A model generated the notes under the pieces. It did not search any database. It was not told the origin of the DNA and saw only the letters and a program-made list of their open reading frames with translations. The position numbers and the translations under genes were made by a program. From the human T2T-CHM13v2.0 reference genome, Homo sapiens, in assembly GCF_009914755.1 (NCBI RefSeq), contig NC_060938.1: a stretch of DNA of 64,000 nucleotides; one strand, 5' to 3'. This document shows positions 1-43,862 of this stretch, piece by piece; the first letter of the stretch is position 1, and each line of letters opens with the position of its first letter.

Positions 1-3552
<3,552 letters not shown>

Positions 3553-5250
3553 TTATAAATTTCCTGAGCCAATTCTGAAGCTTAAATGATCCTAAATGTC
3601 TACAATACTAAAAATATAGTCAATATTTTCCAAATAATTATTAAAGCTCTGCATTCTTTCATTTAATTTTGAAATTAATCAAGTCCTGTCATTTCTCCTA
3701 CATACCTCTCAAATCCACCTACCCCAAATGTATTTGCCACTGCCTTGATTTAGGCATCTTAATCGCCTCCAATTTCTTTCTCCTTACACATATTCTTATC
3801 ATGGTCATAAAACAATCAGGTTTGTGTTTCAGAAAGATCATACCACTCCTTTGCTTAAAACCCTGCACCAGCTCCTTAGCACAAAATTTCACATGGTATC
3901 CAATGCCCTCAATGATCTAGCTCATACCCACCTCTCCTGCACTTCTCTCATCACAGTGCCTCACGCTTGACTCAATAGCAGCTGTAATGAAACATTTGCA
4001 AGGCATCTGCGGTTTTTTTTTTTCTCTAGGACAATCCTTTCATACAGATTTCTGGTGAACTCTATCATCCTTTACAACCCAGCTCAAACATTACTTCTGG
4101 AAGGCCTTCTCCAAGCCCATTTCAACTCCAAAGTTAAGCACTCCCTCTTCTAAATCTAGTAGTAACATATGGTTGTATTTATCACATTGTATTACATCAT
4201 AATTATTTGTTTATGTGCTTGCTTGCCTTCCCTATATCATGGAAAGCTTTTTGAGCCTAAGAAAGGTGCTTCATGTTTGTTGAACTGAACTGAATTTGAT
4301 CTAATGGTCTGAGCTGAGTAATTGGGAAACAGATGGGATGTTTCCAGAGTGATTCATAGTAGCCAGGATGATCATGTTTCTCCACAGCAAACATAAATCA
4401 TGTTTCTTTAATCACAAGGATTACCAGACTTTGCTGGAATAGCAAACAAAATGCAAACTCTCTCTTAGTTAAATGAAGACTAAATATCCACGAGCTAATT
4501 AGTCAATGTATGATCTGCATAATTTGAGCCAAATTAGTAAATATCACTTTTTCATCAAATATAGATTGAGTGCTTCTGGCTTAGTGCAAAATGTATACAT
4601 TATGTTTTATCTTACATCTTTATATGAAAGGGACAAAGTAGATTAGAGGATGGATTATTTACACTGTGCACCAGGAACTAGCAACTATTAAACTTTATCA
4701 TACAAATACAAGGGGAAAAGTAGAATCCTGATATATTGGAAACTATTTATTTTGTAAAATAATTCCTTTGGGGAACAGTAAAAATCATGTCTATTATCAA
4801 TTCCCAGTGTAACAAAAAACAAAAATGTCTATTATCAATTCCCAATGGCACAATAAACAGAAGAAAATTTTGTGGTTTCAGATCTTAATGGTAGATGGCA
4901 CTAAGTCATGCAGCGAGCACTTAGGTAGGTGCAATGCATAATTTTCAAGATTCAAATCTGTTGTGACTAGAGCCACAACAGTTCTTTCTGGGATGAAAAA
5001 TACCAAGGAATCTGCACAAACAATATTTGAGTAAAGTTTCCCTCTTACCAGCATATATTGATAACTTAAAACCAGTTTTAACTACAGGAATCTTCCTATT
5101 AGTCATAATAGCTTAACACAAGTAATTTGTAGTGTTTAAAGCTAACTCATGATTTAGCTTTCTTATTTGTTCTTTTCTATATTTTGCAGAGGTTCTCTAT
5201 AAAACATGTTATTTTTGAAATAAAAATAAATACAATTTTCTGAGAGTTAG

Positions 5251-8150
<2,900 letters not shown>

Positions 8151-8467
8151 ATCTGAATATATTTCAAATTAGGAAAATGGTTAACACCTGTTTTGTTAGC
8201 CTATTATCGCTTTCCCTCTCACGTATCTATATATTCCTTCGTAATATAATTGTCATCAATAAGCAGTCATGAGTAAAGGGAATCTCACTTTTTCTCTCCA
8301 TGTTTGATCTATTACTGTTTTACATATAAAAGGTTAAAACATTAATCTTCACATAAAACTCTATTCCACTTATTTCTTTTTTTTTTTTTTTTTGTAAAGG
8401 ACATATCATATTTATTCATACACATGCTGGAATTATTGGTGCAGACATTTAAATACATTTTCTTTGA

Positions 8468-8776
<309 letters not shown>

Positions 8777-8788
8777 TGGGGAAGTCCA

Positions 8789-8824
<36 letters not shown>

Positions 8825-9339
8825 TTTTTTTATTGATAATTCTTGGGTGTTTCTCACAGAGGGGGATTTGGCAGGGTCATGGGACAATAGTGGAGGGAAG
8901 GTCAGCAGATAAACAAGTGAACAAGGTCTCTGGTTTTCCTAGGCAGAGGACCCTGCGGCCTTCCGCAGTGTTTGTGTCCCTGATTACTTGAGATTAGGGA
9001 TTGGTGATGACTCTTAACGAGCATGCTGCCTTCAAGCATCTGTTTAACAAAGCACATCTTGCACCGCCCTTAATCCATTTAACCCTGAGTGGACACAGCA
9101 CATGTTTCAGAGAGCACAGGGTTGGGGGTAAGGTCACAGATCAACAGGATCCCAAGGCAGAGGAATTTTTCTTAGTGCAGAACAAAATGAAAAGTCTCCC
9201 ATGTCTACTTCTTTCTACACAGACACGGCAACCATCCGATTTCTCAATCTTTTCCCCACCTTTCCCGCCTTTCTGTTCCACAAAGCCGCCATTGTCATCC
9301 TGGCCGGTTCTCAATGAGCTGTTGGGCACACCTCCCAGA

Positions 9340-11190
9340 CGGGGTGGTGGCCGGGCAGAGGGGCTCCTCACTTCCCAGTAGGGGCGGCCGGGCAGAGGCG
9401 CCCCTCACCTCCCGGACGGGGCGGCTGGCCGGGTAGGGGGGCTGACCCCCCCCACCTCCCTCCCGGACGGGGCGGCTGGCCGGGCGGGGGGCTGACCCCC
9501 CAACCTCCCTCCCGGACGGGGCGGCTGGCCGGGCAGGGGGCTGACCCCCCCACCTCCCTCCCGGACGGGGCGGCTGGCCGGGCAGAGGGGCTCCTCACTT
9601 CCCAGTAGGGGCGGCCGGGCAGAGGCGCCCCTCACCTCCCGGACGGGGCGGCTGGCCGGGCAGGGGGGCCGACCCCCCCCACCTCCCTCCCGGACGGGGC
9701 GGCTGGCCGGGCGGGGGGCCGACCCCCCCACCTCCCTCCCGGACGGGGCGGCTGGCCGGGCGGGGGGCCGACCCCCCCACCTCCCTCCCGGACGGGGCGG
9801 CTGGCCGGGCGGGGGGCCGACCCCCCCACCTCCCTCCCGGACGGGGCGGCTGGCCGGGCAGAGGGGCTCCTCACTTCCCAGTAGGGGCGGCCGGGCAGAG
9901 GCGCCCCTCACCTCCCGGACGGGGCGGCTGGCCGGGCAGGGGGGCCGACCCCCCCCCCACCTCCCTCCCGGACGGGGCGGCTGGCCGGGCGGGGGGCCGA
10001 CCCCCCCACCTCCCTCCTGGACGGGGCGGCTGGCCGGGCGGGGGACCGACCCCCCCACCTCCCTCCCGGACAGGGCGGCTGGCCGGGCAGAGGGGCTCCT
10101 CACTTCCCAGTAGGGGCGGCCGGGCAGAGGCGCCCCTCACCTCCCAGACGGGGCGGCTGGCCGGGCGGAGGGCTGACCCCCCCACCTCCCTCCCGGACAG
10201 GGCGGCTGGCCGGGCAGAGGGGCTCCTCACTTCCCAGTAGGGGCGGCTGGGCAGAGGCGCCCCTCACCTCCCAGACGGGGCGGCTGGCCGGGCGGAGGGC
10301 TGACCCCCCCACCTCCCTCCCGGACGGGGCGGCTGGCCAGGCGGGGGGCTGACCCCCCTACCTCCCTCCCGGACGGGGCGGCTGGCCGGGTGGGGGGGCT
10401 GACCCCCCCATCTCCCTCCCGGACGGGGTGGCTGGCCGGGCTGAGGGGCTCCTCACTTCCCAGTAGGGGCAGCCGGGCAGAGGCGCCCCTCACCTCCCGG
10501 ACGGGGCGGCTGGCCGGGCGGGGGGCTGACCCCCCCACCTCCCTCCCGGATGGCACGGCTGGCCAGGCGGGGGGCTGACCCCCCCACCTCCCTCCCGGAT
10601 GGCACGGCTGGCCGGGCGGGGGGGCTGACCCCCCACCTCCCTCCCGGATGGGGCGGCTGGCCGGGCGGGGGGCTGACCCCCCCCCACCTCCCTCCCGGAC
10701 GGGGTGGCTGCCGGGCGGAGACGCTCCTCACTTCCCAGATGGGGTGGCTGCCGGGCGGAGAGGCTCCTCACTTCTCAGACGGGGCAGCTGCCGGGCGGAG
10801 GGGCTCCTCACTTCTCAGACGGGGTGGTTGCCAGGCAGAGGGTCTCCTCACTTCTCAGACGGGGTGGCCGGGCAGAGACGCTCCTCACCTCCCAGACGGG
10901 GTCTCGGCCGGGCAGAGGCGCTCCTCACATCCCAGATGGGGCGGCGGGGCAGAGGCGCTCCCCACATCTCAGACGATGGGCGGCCGGGCAGAGACGCTCC
11001 TCACTTCCTAGATGTGATGGCGGCTGGGAAGAGGCGCTCCTCACTTCCTAGATGGGATGGCGGCCGGGCGGAGACGCTCCTCACTTTCCAGACTGGGCAG
11101 CCAGGCAGAGGGGCTCCTCACATCCCAGACGATGGGCGGCCAGGCAGAGACACTCCTCACTTCCCAGACGGGGTGGCAGCCGGGCAGAGG
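9340..11190. repeat. SVA VNTR (~35-50 bp GC-rich units)
   Basis: Tandem units such as CCCCCCACCTCCCTCCCGGACGGGGCGGCTGGCCGGGCGGGGGGCTGA and CTCCTCACTTCCCAG. Confidence 0.97.
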
Positions 11191-11227
11191 CTGCAATCTC
11201 GGCACTTTGGGAGGCCAAGGCAGGCGG

Positions 11228-11521
11228 CTGCTCCTTGCCCTCGGGCCCCGCGGGGCCCGTCCGCTCCTCCAGCCGCTGCCTCCCGGGCGGCGCTCGCCGG
11301 CGCGGCGGCAAAGACTGAGACAGCTCCGCTGCCCGCTGAACTCCATCCTCCCGGCGGTCGGGCGGCGGCGGCTGCGGTCGGTCGCGGCAGCGGCTCCGCT
11401 TCATATCTGCAGCTGGGGCCCGCGGGCGTCAGCGCCGCGACTGTCCTGGCTCCGCACTGCCCCGGGCCGCAGCGCAGCCGCGCCAACCACCAGCCGCGGC
11501 CACCATGGCCGGACGGGCTCC
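11228..11521 (-). pseudogene. MAST2 exon 1 fragment captured by SVA_F1 (5'UTR part plus 59 codons)
   Basis: ORF 11081..11404 begins MKRSRCRDRPQPPPPDRREDGVQRAAELSQSLPPRRRAPPGRQRLEERTGPAGPEGKEQ, the MAST2 N-terminus. The junction GAGCAG|CCGCCTGCC is the SVA internal splice acceptor position. Confidence 0.95.
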
Positions 11522-11639
11522 CTATTCCACTTATTTCATGAATCAGGACATAAGACACCTTTCGTATCATCTTATTTCTTGTGTGGTACAGTTAAGTTTT
11601 ATGATTTCTGGAACAAAATACTCTGCTGCCATTTCTACC

Positions 11640-21711
<10,072 letters not shown>

Positions 21712-23738
21712 AGTGCCCTCGGCTGTGGCTGCGGCGGCAGCTCGGGCTTCGGCTCTGTGGCACTGGGAGGAGAAGGAGGGGCGGGCGAGCGGGTGGGCAG
21801 CGGAGAGTGCGGGGCACGCCGGGAGCTGCAGCCCGAGGGAGGTGGCGGGGCTGGGCGGGCCGCAGGCAGCGGGCGGGGCGGTCACGTGGGCACGCCTGGT
21901 CCCCAGCCGGCGCCACCCGCTCCCAGGCCGGCCCTTCTGTCTCGCGGCCCCGGCTCCCCGGCTGTCCGCGTCCTCGGCCTGACCTCAGAGCGCGAGCCCT
22001 GCAGGCCGGGGGGGGCGACGCGGTGGTAGCGGAGCCCGGGAGCCTGGCAGAGCCGCCTCCAGCCCCCGAGCATCACCCGTCAGCCGGTGGGAGAGAGTGC
22101 TGGGCTCCCAGAGGGGCGTTTCCACCGCCTCCGTAGGGCCCTGCGCCAGGGGTGGGTGCGTGTGAGGGGAACTCCTGCGAAGGTGTCTTTCTTTATTTAC
22201 CTGTGGTTTCCCCGAAAGAGGCTGGATTTCGACATTTTGAGTCTTTTTGGAAAACCCCCAGTTGTTTAGAGATAAATGAGAATAAATACTACACGAGATT
22301 GCTCCAGTTGATAGTACTTAGCAAAAACAAAATGATACGCAGTGTTGGTAAATCACTTTTCAAAACTCTGGTTGAAATAATAATTATGATTAAAAAATTA
22401 CGTGGTAGCATTCCTTAGTAATATCCTTTTACATTTTAGACTTCATAGGAAATGGATTGTACTCTCTCTTAGAGATTTCATGAAGCTCCAGCTATGACAG
22501 CTGATATCAAATAAGCCGACGCAGCCTCTTCTAGCAAAGCCCATATAACTGCGCCAAGGCAGTTTCTCTTTTTTTAATCTTAACTCCTCCATACCTCAGG
22601 GTTCTTCATGTGTAAAACAAACTGTTATTAAATTATCGTTAAGGCCCTTTCCAGCTTTAGATTTCAGTTTCTGAGTATATCAATGTTCAGTAGGAAATGG
22701 TGTGTTTTTGGTGGTCTCAGGATTGAGGTTAGGCAGGAAAGTCATGAGATGGTGTTTGCCCTAGATTGCGTGATAAGTTCTTTCAGCCCAAATTTACTGT
22801 ATTTTAAATGGAACATGCTAGGCATTGAAACAGACCTATTTTTCTGTCTATATCTTGGGTTTGTTTTCTTAATTGGAAGATAGACTTCGTTTAGAGACAA
22901 AAATTGAGAAGGGATTTCCCAATGTCTAAGCATGAATCCCAAGCAAGTGGATAATACTTTATATCTAGCTGGTACATTACAATTTATGGAACCTTTCACT
23001 TTATCTGTTGAACTTCCAAGAAGTCATGGAGAATGTCTCTCCAGAGCTCTGATCATCTGCTATGTGTAGGTATTAGCAAATTCCTGTTCGCTTCATCTTG
23101 CGGTTACCTTCCCTTCCCAACCTCAGAGATTTGCAGCAGCCCCAGCAGAGACCAGGTCTGATGACACTGGGGCCTAAAGTGGGTGTCAGAACCTTACCCA
23201 CCAAAGCTGGGGATTCCAAAGATGCTAGTCACCCCCTAGCTCGGACTCCAACCCCTTTCCATGCCTCCCATTCTCTCTTACCCTCCCCAAACAGAGATGG
23301 TAATTCACGTGTTCTAAGATTCTTTTCCTGAAGTTATTTTTGTCTTGCATATATTTTGTTACATTATAATAACTTGTTTATGTCTTCTGCCACCCTACTG
23401 CGCTGTAAGCTCCTTAAGGATCTGAGTCCTGGTTATCTTTGAATTTCTGGAACCTGACAGATAGTAGGTGCTTAATAGGTGCTGAAATAATACATTTAAG
23501 ATGCTTTAGTGCTGTAAAGAGAATGAAAAGGAAGCTTCTGAAAATTGTGAAGCCTTTCTACATGCCCTTGTGAGCATGGCACTGAGAATGTCAGGGCCAG
23601 TAGCAGCTTCCTGCCTTCACCTCTGTGAGTTATAACCAGAACTTACCACCACTTGGTAAAGGGGCAGCATTGCCAATCATTGCTGCATGAATTTTGGTCA
23701 CTGTGTAGTGGAGGGGGATCTGAGTGTCAGATACCACA

Positions 23739-24698
<960 letters not shown>

Positions 24699-25668
24699 CT
24701 GTTCTGAGCAATTTCAAGCTCAAGCAAACAATTAATAGGTGTGACAGAGGGACCCCGAACAATGTGGTACTAGATACTTTTGTGCTGTAAACATCTAAGC
24801 TATAATTATCCATTTACTAGACCACACATAGATGGCAGTGACAACTATTAGGAACTTAGTGAGAGTAACCTCTGAATGTAATCTCAGCTCAGACACTAGT
24901 AGCGGTGCAATTTCAGGCCATTGATTTAGCTGCCATAAGGCTCAGTTTCCAAATCATGTGTAAAATAGGGATTATATGACCTCTTCCCTCTCAGGATTAT
25001 GGGGAGGATCAAGAGAGATAATGTATGTAAAGCCCTTGTCCAGCACAGAAATAGGAACCCTGGAGCTGTTATTACCACCAGCAGAGTGAAGATGAAGGCA
25101 CTGATTTTATCAACTCATAGGCAATAGTCGTGAAGCCGTCCCAATCCTCATTGATTCTGAAGACTCAGCTAAAGTTTGTTTACTCAGGATTCTTTAAAAA
25201 ATTGGAAAGGTGATCACCCCTTAATATATATAATCTATTCCCCCAAGAAACAATCTATTATGTATATATTTACTTACTCACTTACAGCGATGGGGGTCTT
25301 ACTATGTTGCCCAGGCTGGTCTCAACTTCTGGGCTCAAGCAGTCCTCCCGCCTTGGCCTCCTAAAGTGCTGGAATTACAGGCATGAGCCACCACACCTGA
25401 GAAACAATGTGGATGGAGGTTCTGTGGCATGTAAAAGTTTGAAAGAACTATCTAAAACAGTGAATCTGGAAGATTATGCAGACAAACTGTGTGTAAGCCC
25501 TACTCCCTGTCAAGAGACATCACATTCTCAGCTCCCACAGCCACTTCCTGACAAAGACAAATGTAAGCATAAAGACACTACCACTTCAAAATGTACCTTT
25601 CTACCGACATGCCTTCCTAACTCTGACATATCCTTCCTAACCCACGCCTGAGCTAAAGGACTGATGAG

Positions 25669-25962
<294 letters not shown>

Positions 25963-26500
25963 GACTGATGAGGAGTCAAGTCGTATATTTTTCTAAATCC
26001 AAGTTTGAATTTAGAACTAGAAAATAAATACAGTAGGAGGTGTTTTTTTGGAGTCTGATCTCTGTGACTCACTCTCTGATCCACAAACTCACTTTGGGTC
26101 TTACATGTCCCATCTCTGGTTCTTTCTAATTTAGGAGAATGACCTCACAATAAAGGAATTTATCAGTAATCTGTGTCACATGAAGTGGTAATGAAGAGGT
26201 AGCAGTATTGAAATGCAATAATTAGTGAAATGTAGTTCAAAATGGTCTCAAACTATAATTACCAACTTCAATGGTGTAAAACATACCAGCTTCAACTTAT
26301 TAACTCAGACACAATTTATCAGATTCACCCACCAGTTATTTGTAAAACCTCAATCACAATGTTAATTAATAATGCATTGATAGTAATTGAATTGTGATAG
26401 TAAATAGCAACTGGTTACCTAAATTATACAAACCATATAAAACGTCATCTGAGAAAAGAAACTTGCTAGTAATTTATTAAACACTCCTTTGTTTAACTTA

Positions 26501-27164
<664 letters not shown>

Positions 27165-27289
27165 AAAAGCTGTAGATTTTAAAACCATAGGCTAATCATA
27201 CAGACATGAAAAATGTAACATATAAAAACTATATGTTAAGAGACATGAATAAGAGTTGGAGAGAGATCATAAAATGAATACATGCATGG

Positions 27290-27775
27290 AGAGTTTATTC
27301 ATTCCATCCATTAATTCATTTCATTTATTGAGCACCTCTGCTGGGTGTTGGGAATGCAAAGATAAACATAACATAGTCCCTGCCTTGAAGAAAGTCAGTC
27401 CTGTGGGAGCACAGCAAGGAAGCTGACCTTTATGAAACAATCCCATGCATGCTACAATGGCATATACACAGGATGTCTTTTGAGCACCAAAGAGGGCCAC
27501 CAGTGCAGTATGGAGTGAGTTGGGTCTTAAGGAACAAGTGGGCATTTACTAGGCAGATGAAGGAAGGGTACTCAAAGCAAAGAGAACCAAATGTACAAAG
27601 CTACAGTGCACGAGTGATGTACAAAGCTACAGTGCATGAGTGAAGCAGAAGAAACCCCAAGTAGTTTGTTGGAGCCTCTGGGTTTGGAGGGAATAACGGA
27701 GTGGTAGGAAGCATCAGCTCTTATGAGCTTTATAGACAATCTCACAGTCAGAACTTTATTCTGCAGATGATGAAG
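27290..27775 (-). mobile_element. L2 3' end fragment
   Basis: (CATT)n-like tail followed by ATTTATTGAGCACCT...GTCCCTGCCTTGAAG. Confidence 0.7.
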
Positions 27776-27794
27776 GAGACATAATTTTTCAAAT

Positions 27795-34191
<6,397 letters not shown>

Positions 34192-34619
34192 TAAAACTTA
34201 TGAACTTTTAAATGTTTAGTCATGTGTTTATAAAAATATATTGAAAGATTTTGTCATTAATTTCGACCCCTCTGTGGAGGGCTACAGAGATTATTCATGA
34301 GAATAAGGTGTTAATTCCCTCAGTTGGTCGATTGGTACCCTCCCCAAATCTCATCCTGACAGGCCCACCAGGGAATGGGAAGTGATAACATCCTGAGGCT
34401 GGAGGGGATCAAAGACAGGAAAGAGCATATTTTATGTGGTACTGAGTGAAATCAGTTCTGTTTTATCATAGTCCACCCAAATTTAGAATGTGTCATGGGT
34501 AAGATCTTTCAATAGGAGTGCTGATGATGAAGCCTCTATAGGAATGACATTTTAAGAACATTTGTGTGTGAGACAAAAGGAGAAATCTATTCCCTCACCT
34601 AAAACATGCCAAAATGGCA

Positions 34620-34975
34620 ATTTGTCTGTTCTCACGCTGCTAATAAAGACATAGCTGAGAATGGGTAATTTATAAAGTAAAGAGGTTTAATTGACTCACA
34701 GTTCCACATGACTGGGGAGACCTCACAATCATGGCCGAAGGCGAATGAGGAGGCAGGTGATGTCTTACGTGGCGACAGGCAAGAGTTTGTGTGGGGGAAC
34801 TCCCATTTATAAAACCATCAGATTTGGTGAAACGTATTCACTACCCCGAGAACGGTATGGGGGAACCACCCCCCCGTGATTCAATTATCTCCACTTGTCC
34901 CTGCCCTTGACACGTGGGCATTATTACAATTCAAGATGAGATTTGGGTGGGGGACACATCCAAACCGTGGTAGCA
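34620..34975 (-). mobile_element. THE1 (B/C-like) MaLR solo LTR
   Basis: Diagnostic GCTGCTAATAAAGACATA...GAGGTTTAATTGACTCACAGTTCCACATG...GATGAGATTTGGGTGGGGGACAC. Confidence 0.88.
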
Positions 34976-35759
34976 ATCAAGTGTTGGTCCAATGTTTACT
35001 ACGAAAAATAGACATTTGCTCTGAATCATGGAGCATTTGACATTGTATTATATTCCCTCAGAAAGCAAGTATCTTTTCCCATAATGCATTTTTATCTCTG
35101 AAAGAATAATTTCAGTCCTAGAGATAGTTTTAACCTGAGACATACAGGCCACTGTTGAATTTCTGAGGTCTTTATATTACATCCAGGTTTACTGATTGTA
35201 GTATAAATATTCAGTATAAAACAGGGTCTTGCTATTTTGCCCAGGCTAGACTTAAACTCCTGGGCTCAAGTGATCCTTTTGCCTCAGCTTCTCAAGTAGC
35301 TGAGACTAGAGCCAGGCATCACTGTGCTCAGCTTCAATATTATTATTGTTGTTGTTTTAACGAAGAACAGTCTATTATCTTCTAGTCTGCGGCAGTTCGT
35401 ATCATTTAAACATTTCTGGCAAGGCACAGTGGCTCATGCCTGTAATCCCAGCACTTTGGGAAGCCGAAGTGGGTGGATCACTTGAAGTCAGGAGTTCAAG
35501 ACCAGCCTGGCCAACATGGCAAAACCCTGTCTCTACTGAAAATACAAAAATTAGCCGGGCATGCACATGCCTGTAATCTCAGCTACTCAGGTGGCTGAGG
35601 CAGGAGAATAGCTTGAACTCAGGAGGTAGTGGTTGCAGTGAGCTGAGATCATACCACTGCACTCCAGCCTAGGCAACAGACTGAGATTCCATCTCAAAAA
35701 AAAAAAATTCTAACTAAACATTTGAATCTTTTAAAATTAGAAAGTAAACTTATAATACT

Positions 35760-39770
<4,011 letters not shown>

Positions 39771-39963
39771 TCTTTATGTCTAGGATTAGAAGCAATTTAT
39801 TAGGCTGATGGAACTATGGGGTTTTTGTTTAAGTTTTTAAACTTTTTATGATACAAATTGGGAGAAAAAAGCTGTTTTTTATAGTATTAAATGATACACA
39901 GAGATTTTGCATTTACATTTGGAACTCTTTTAAGAATTTCAAAGCGTAAGCGTGAATGAGGCT

Positions 39964-40368
39964 TGTTAAAAAAAAAAAACCTTAGACAAATTAAATTTAA
40001 CATAGTTTAATTGAACAAAGAACTATTTGTGAATTGGGCAGCCTCCTGAACCAGAATAGGTTCAGAGAGACTCTGGAGCTAATGGGTGGTCGAAGAAGAT
40101 TGATGGACAGGAAAAGGGAAGTGACATACAGAAAATGGAAATGAGGTACAGAAACAGCAGGATCGGTTATAGCTCGGTGTTTGTCTTATTTGAACACAAT
40201 TTGAACAATTGGCCTCCTGTGATTGACTGAGACTTGGTGATTGGCACAAGAGTAGGTTGTGGTCTGTTTATACATCTAGTTAGGTTACAGTTCACTCTGT
40301 ATGGAGCAACCTTTAGACCAAACTTAGGATATGGAAGGAGACAACTTTAGGCTAAACTTAATTTAACA
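39964..40368. mobile_element. ERV1 solo LTR (MER93-like)
   Basis: TGTTAAA...TTTAACA termini, ~405 bp, near-identical 4-bp flanks GGCT/GGTT. Confidence 0.7.
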
Positions 40369-40972
40369 GGTTCTACTGATGTCATGAGATTAAAAAAAAA
40401 AAAAAAAAAGAGCTATGTTCCCTGTGTTCTTTTCTCATGAATATAGTTTAATATAGGCTATTAGACCATTCATTCAGAGATACTGGCTGCCTATGTGTAT
40501 TGTACTTATTTTTCCAAAGGGCTCACGTTGGGTACTCATTTTTGGCAGCCTCCCTCATTACAGGACATCCCTTCAAAGTTACCCATTGACCAGATTCCAT
40601 TTTGGAATCTGCAGTTATAAACCGGTCTTACTAGTGTAAGGATAAACTGCATTCCAAGAAGCTGAGCCACAGTAATAAAGGAATCCACAGCTCTTTGTTT
40701 CCCCAGATTTGTAAATTTTCTTGGATTTCGGTGAACTCATAAATAGGATCTTTAGTTCTCCAGCAAAAAAGATTATGAAATGAAAACTATTTGTTGGCTT
40801 TAGTACCTGGGAGAGTGTGTTAGAGAGTTCAGTGTGGAGTGAATATTATCAACTCTTGCAAAAATAATTATGTTGTTAATTATGGCATGAGCTTAATATC
40901 CATTGAATTTTATATCAAAATGCATTTTCCTGGCCCTGAAAGTTTTTCTGCACTGGATTCGGAATTGAAGTA

Positions 40973-41731
<759 letters not shown>

Positions 41732-41944
41732 TATATACTTCCTGTGAGTATTTTTAATTAAGAAATTCGTTTTTAAACTGACTGACTTACATTTTACAAA
41801 TTTGCTTGCTAGAAATTTCTGCTGATAAAAACTCCACACCATACCTGCCGTTACTTATTCCAAATCCTTAGCCCTGTTTGGTCTGTTGAATTTCTCTGAT
41901 TTTGATTTTTAATTTCTGGGCAGATCACTTTCCCACAGTTGGCA

Positions 41945-42500
41945 ACACATGCGCGCACGCACACACAGACACGCGCGCGCGCACACACACACACATATGC
42001 ACACATACATACACCCAGACAGACACACGGACACACACATATACACATACACATACACACATATACACATACACACACACATACACACAGACACACACAC
42101 ATATACACAGACATACACAGACACATACGCACACACACGCACACACAGACAGACACACGCGCACATGTGCACACAGACATACATGTACACACATACGCAC
42201 ATACACCCACATACACACACCCACACATACATGGGCGCGCACATACACATGCGCACACATACACATACACACGCACACACGTACACACACGCACACACAC
42301 GCACACACATAGACACGCACACACAGACACATACACACAGACAGGCACACACAGACACACACGCACATACACGCACACATGCGCACACACGCATACACGC
42401 ACACACGTGCACACATATGTGTATACATACATTTATGTATATATTTTATATACGTATGTTTATATACACACATATATAAATATACTCACACGTATATTTT
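41945..42500. repeat. ~550-bp complex (CA/TA/CG)n purine-pyrimidine microsatellite
   Basis: Degenerate CACACA/CATA/CAGA/CGCA array grading into (TA)n; generates the HT- and VC-rich ORFs. Confidence 0.97.
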
Positions 42501-42827
42501 TATATATTTTTTCCTGCTGCTTGAATCAGCATACAACTTACATTTTTAATGAAATATTGCACATACAGGGAAATAGGATAGTACATAGTGTTCTCCTATT
42601 TTTTCATATTTTCATGGGAAATGGAGAGGGGTACATTTGCACTTTCCATATTTCCTTTTTGTCATATTTGTATGAGCTTTCTTTTTAACTACAGGTACAG
42701 TTGAAGTCCACTTTGTACCTCCTCTAATCACAGAGGCAAATATATAATCTTCCTGTCCTTGATTTTACACTTTTACTACAAATGTATTTTGTCCCTAAAC
42801 AGTTATTACAAATGCATTTTGCCCCTA

Positions 42828-43040
<213 letters not shown>

Positions 43041-43314
43041 TCATGGGCCCAGGATGTACAAGCCACAGTGAACTGAGATCCCGCCACACGCCACTGCACT
43101 CCAGCCTGGGCGACAGAGCCAGACACCGTTTCCCTACCACCATCCCCCTCACCAGCCCTCTACCCCCCAGCGCCAACAAAGAAAATATGTAGAATTGTTT
43201 GGTGTAGTTAAAAATTCTACGTACACATATATTACCTGCAACCCACTTTTTCTATTCAATATTAAGTCCTGAAGAGTCATCTTCATCTACATGTACTTTT
43301 TTTTTTTTTTTTGA

Positions 43315-43862
<548 letters not shown>

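Noticed and set aside
9340-11190. Repeat array superficially resembling a CRISPR array
   Set aside because: No unique spacers, no cas genes, eukaryotic context; it is the SVA VNTR.
9368-11541. Many long overlapping ORFs (up to 297 aa) on both strands
   Set aside because: Stop-poor GC-rich SVA VNTR. Only the MAST2-initiated frame has a real start.
41851-42688. His/Thr- and Val/Cys-rich ORFs of 136-249 aa
   Set aside because: Translations of a (CA)n-type microsatellite.
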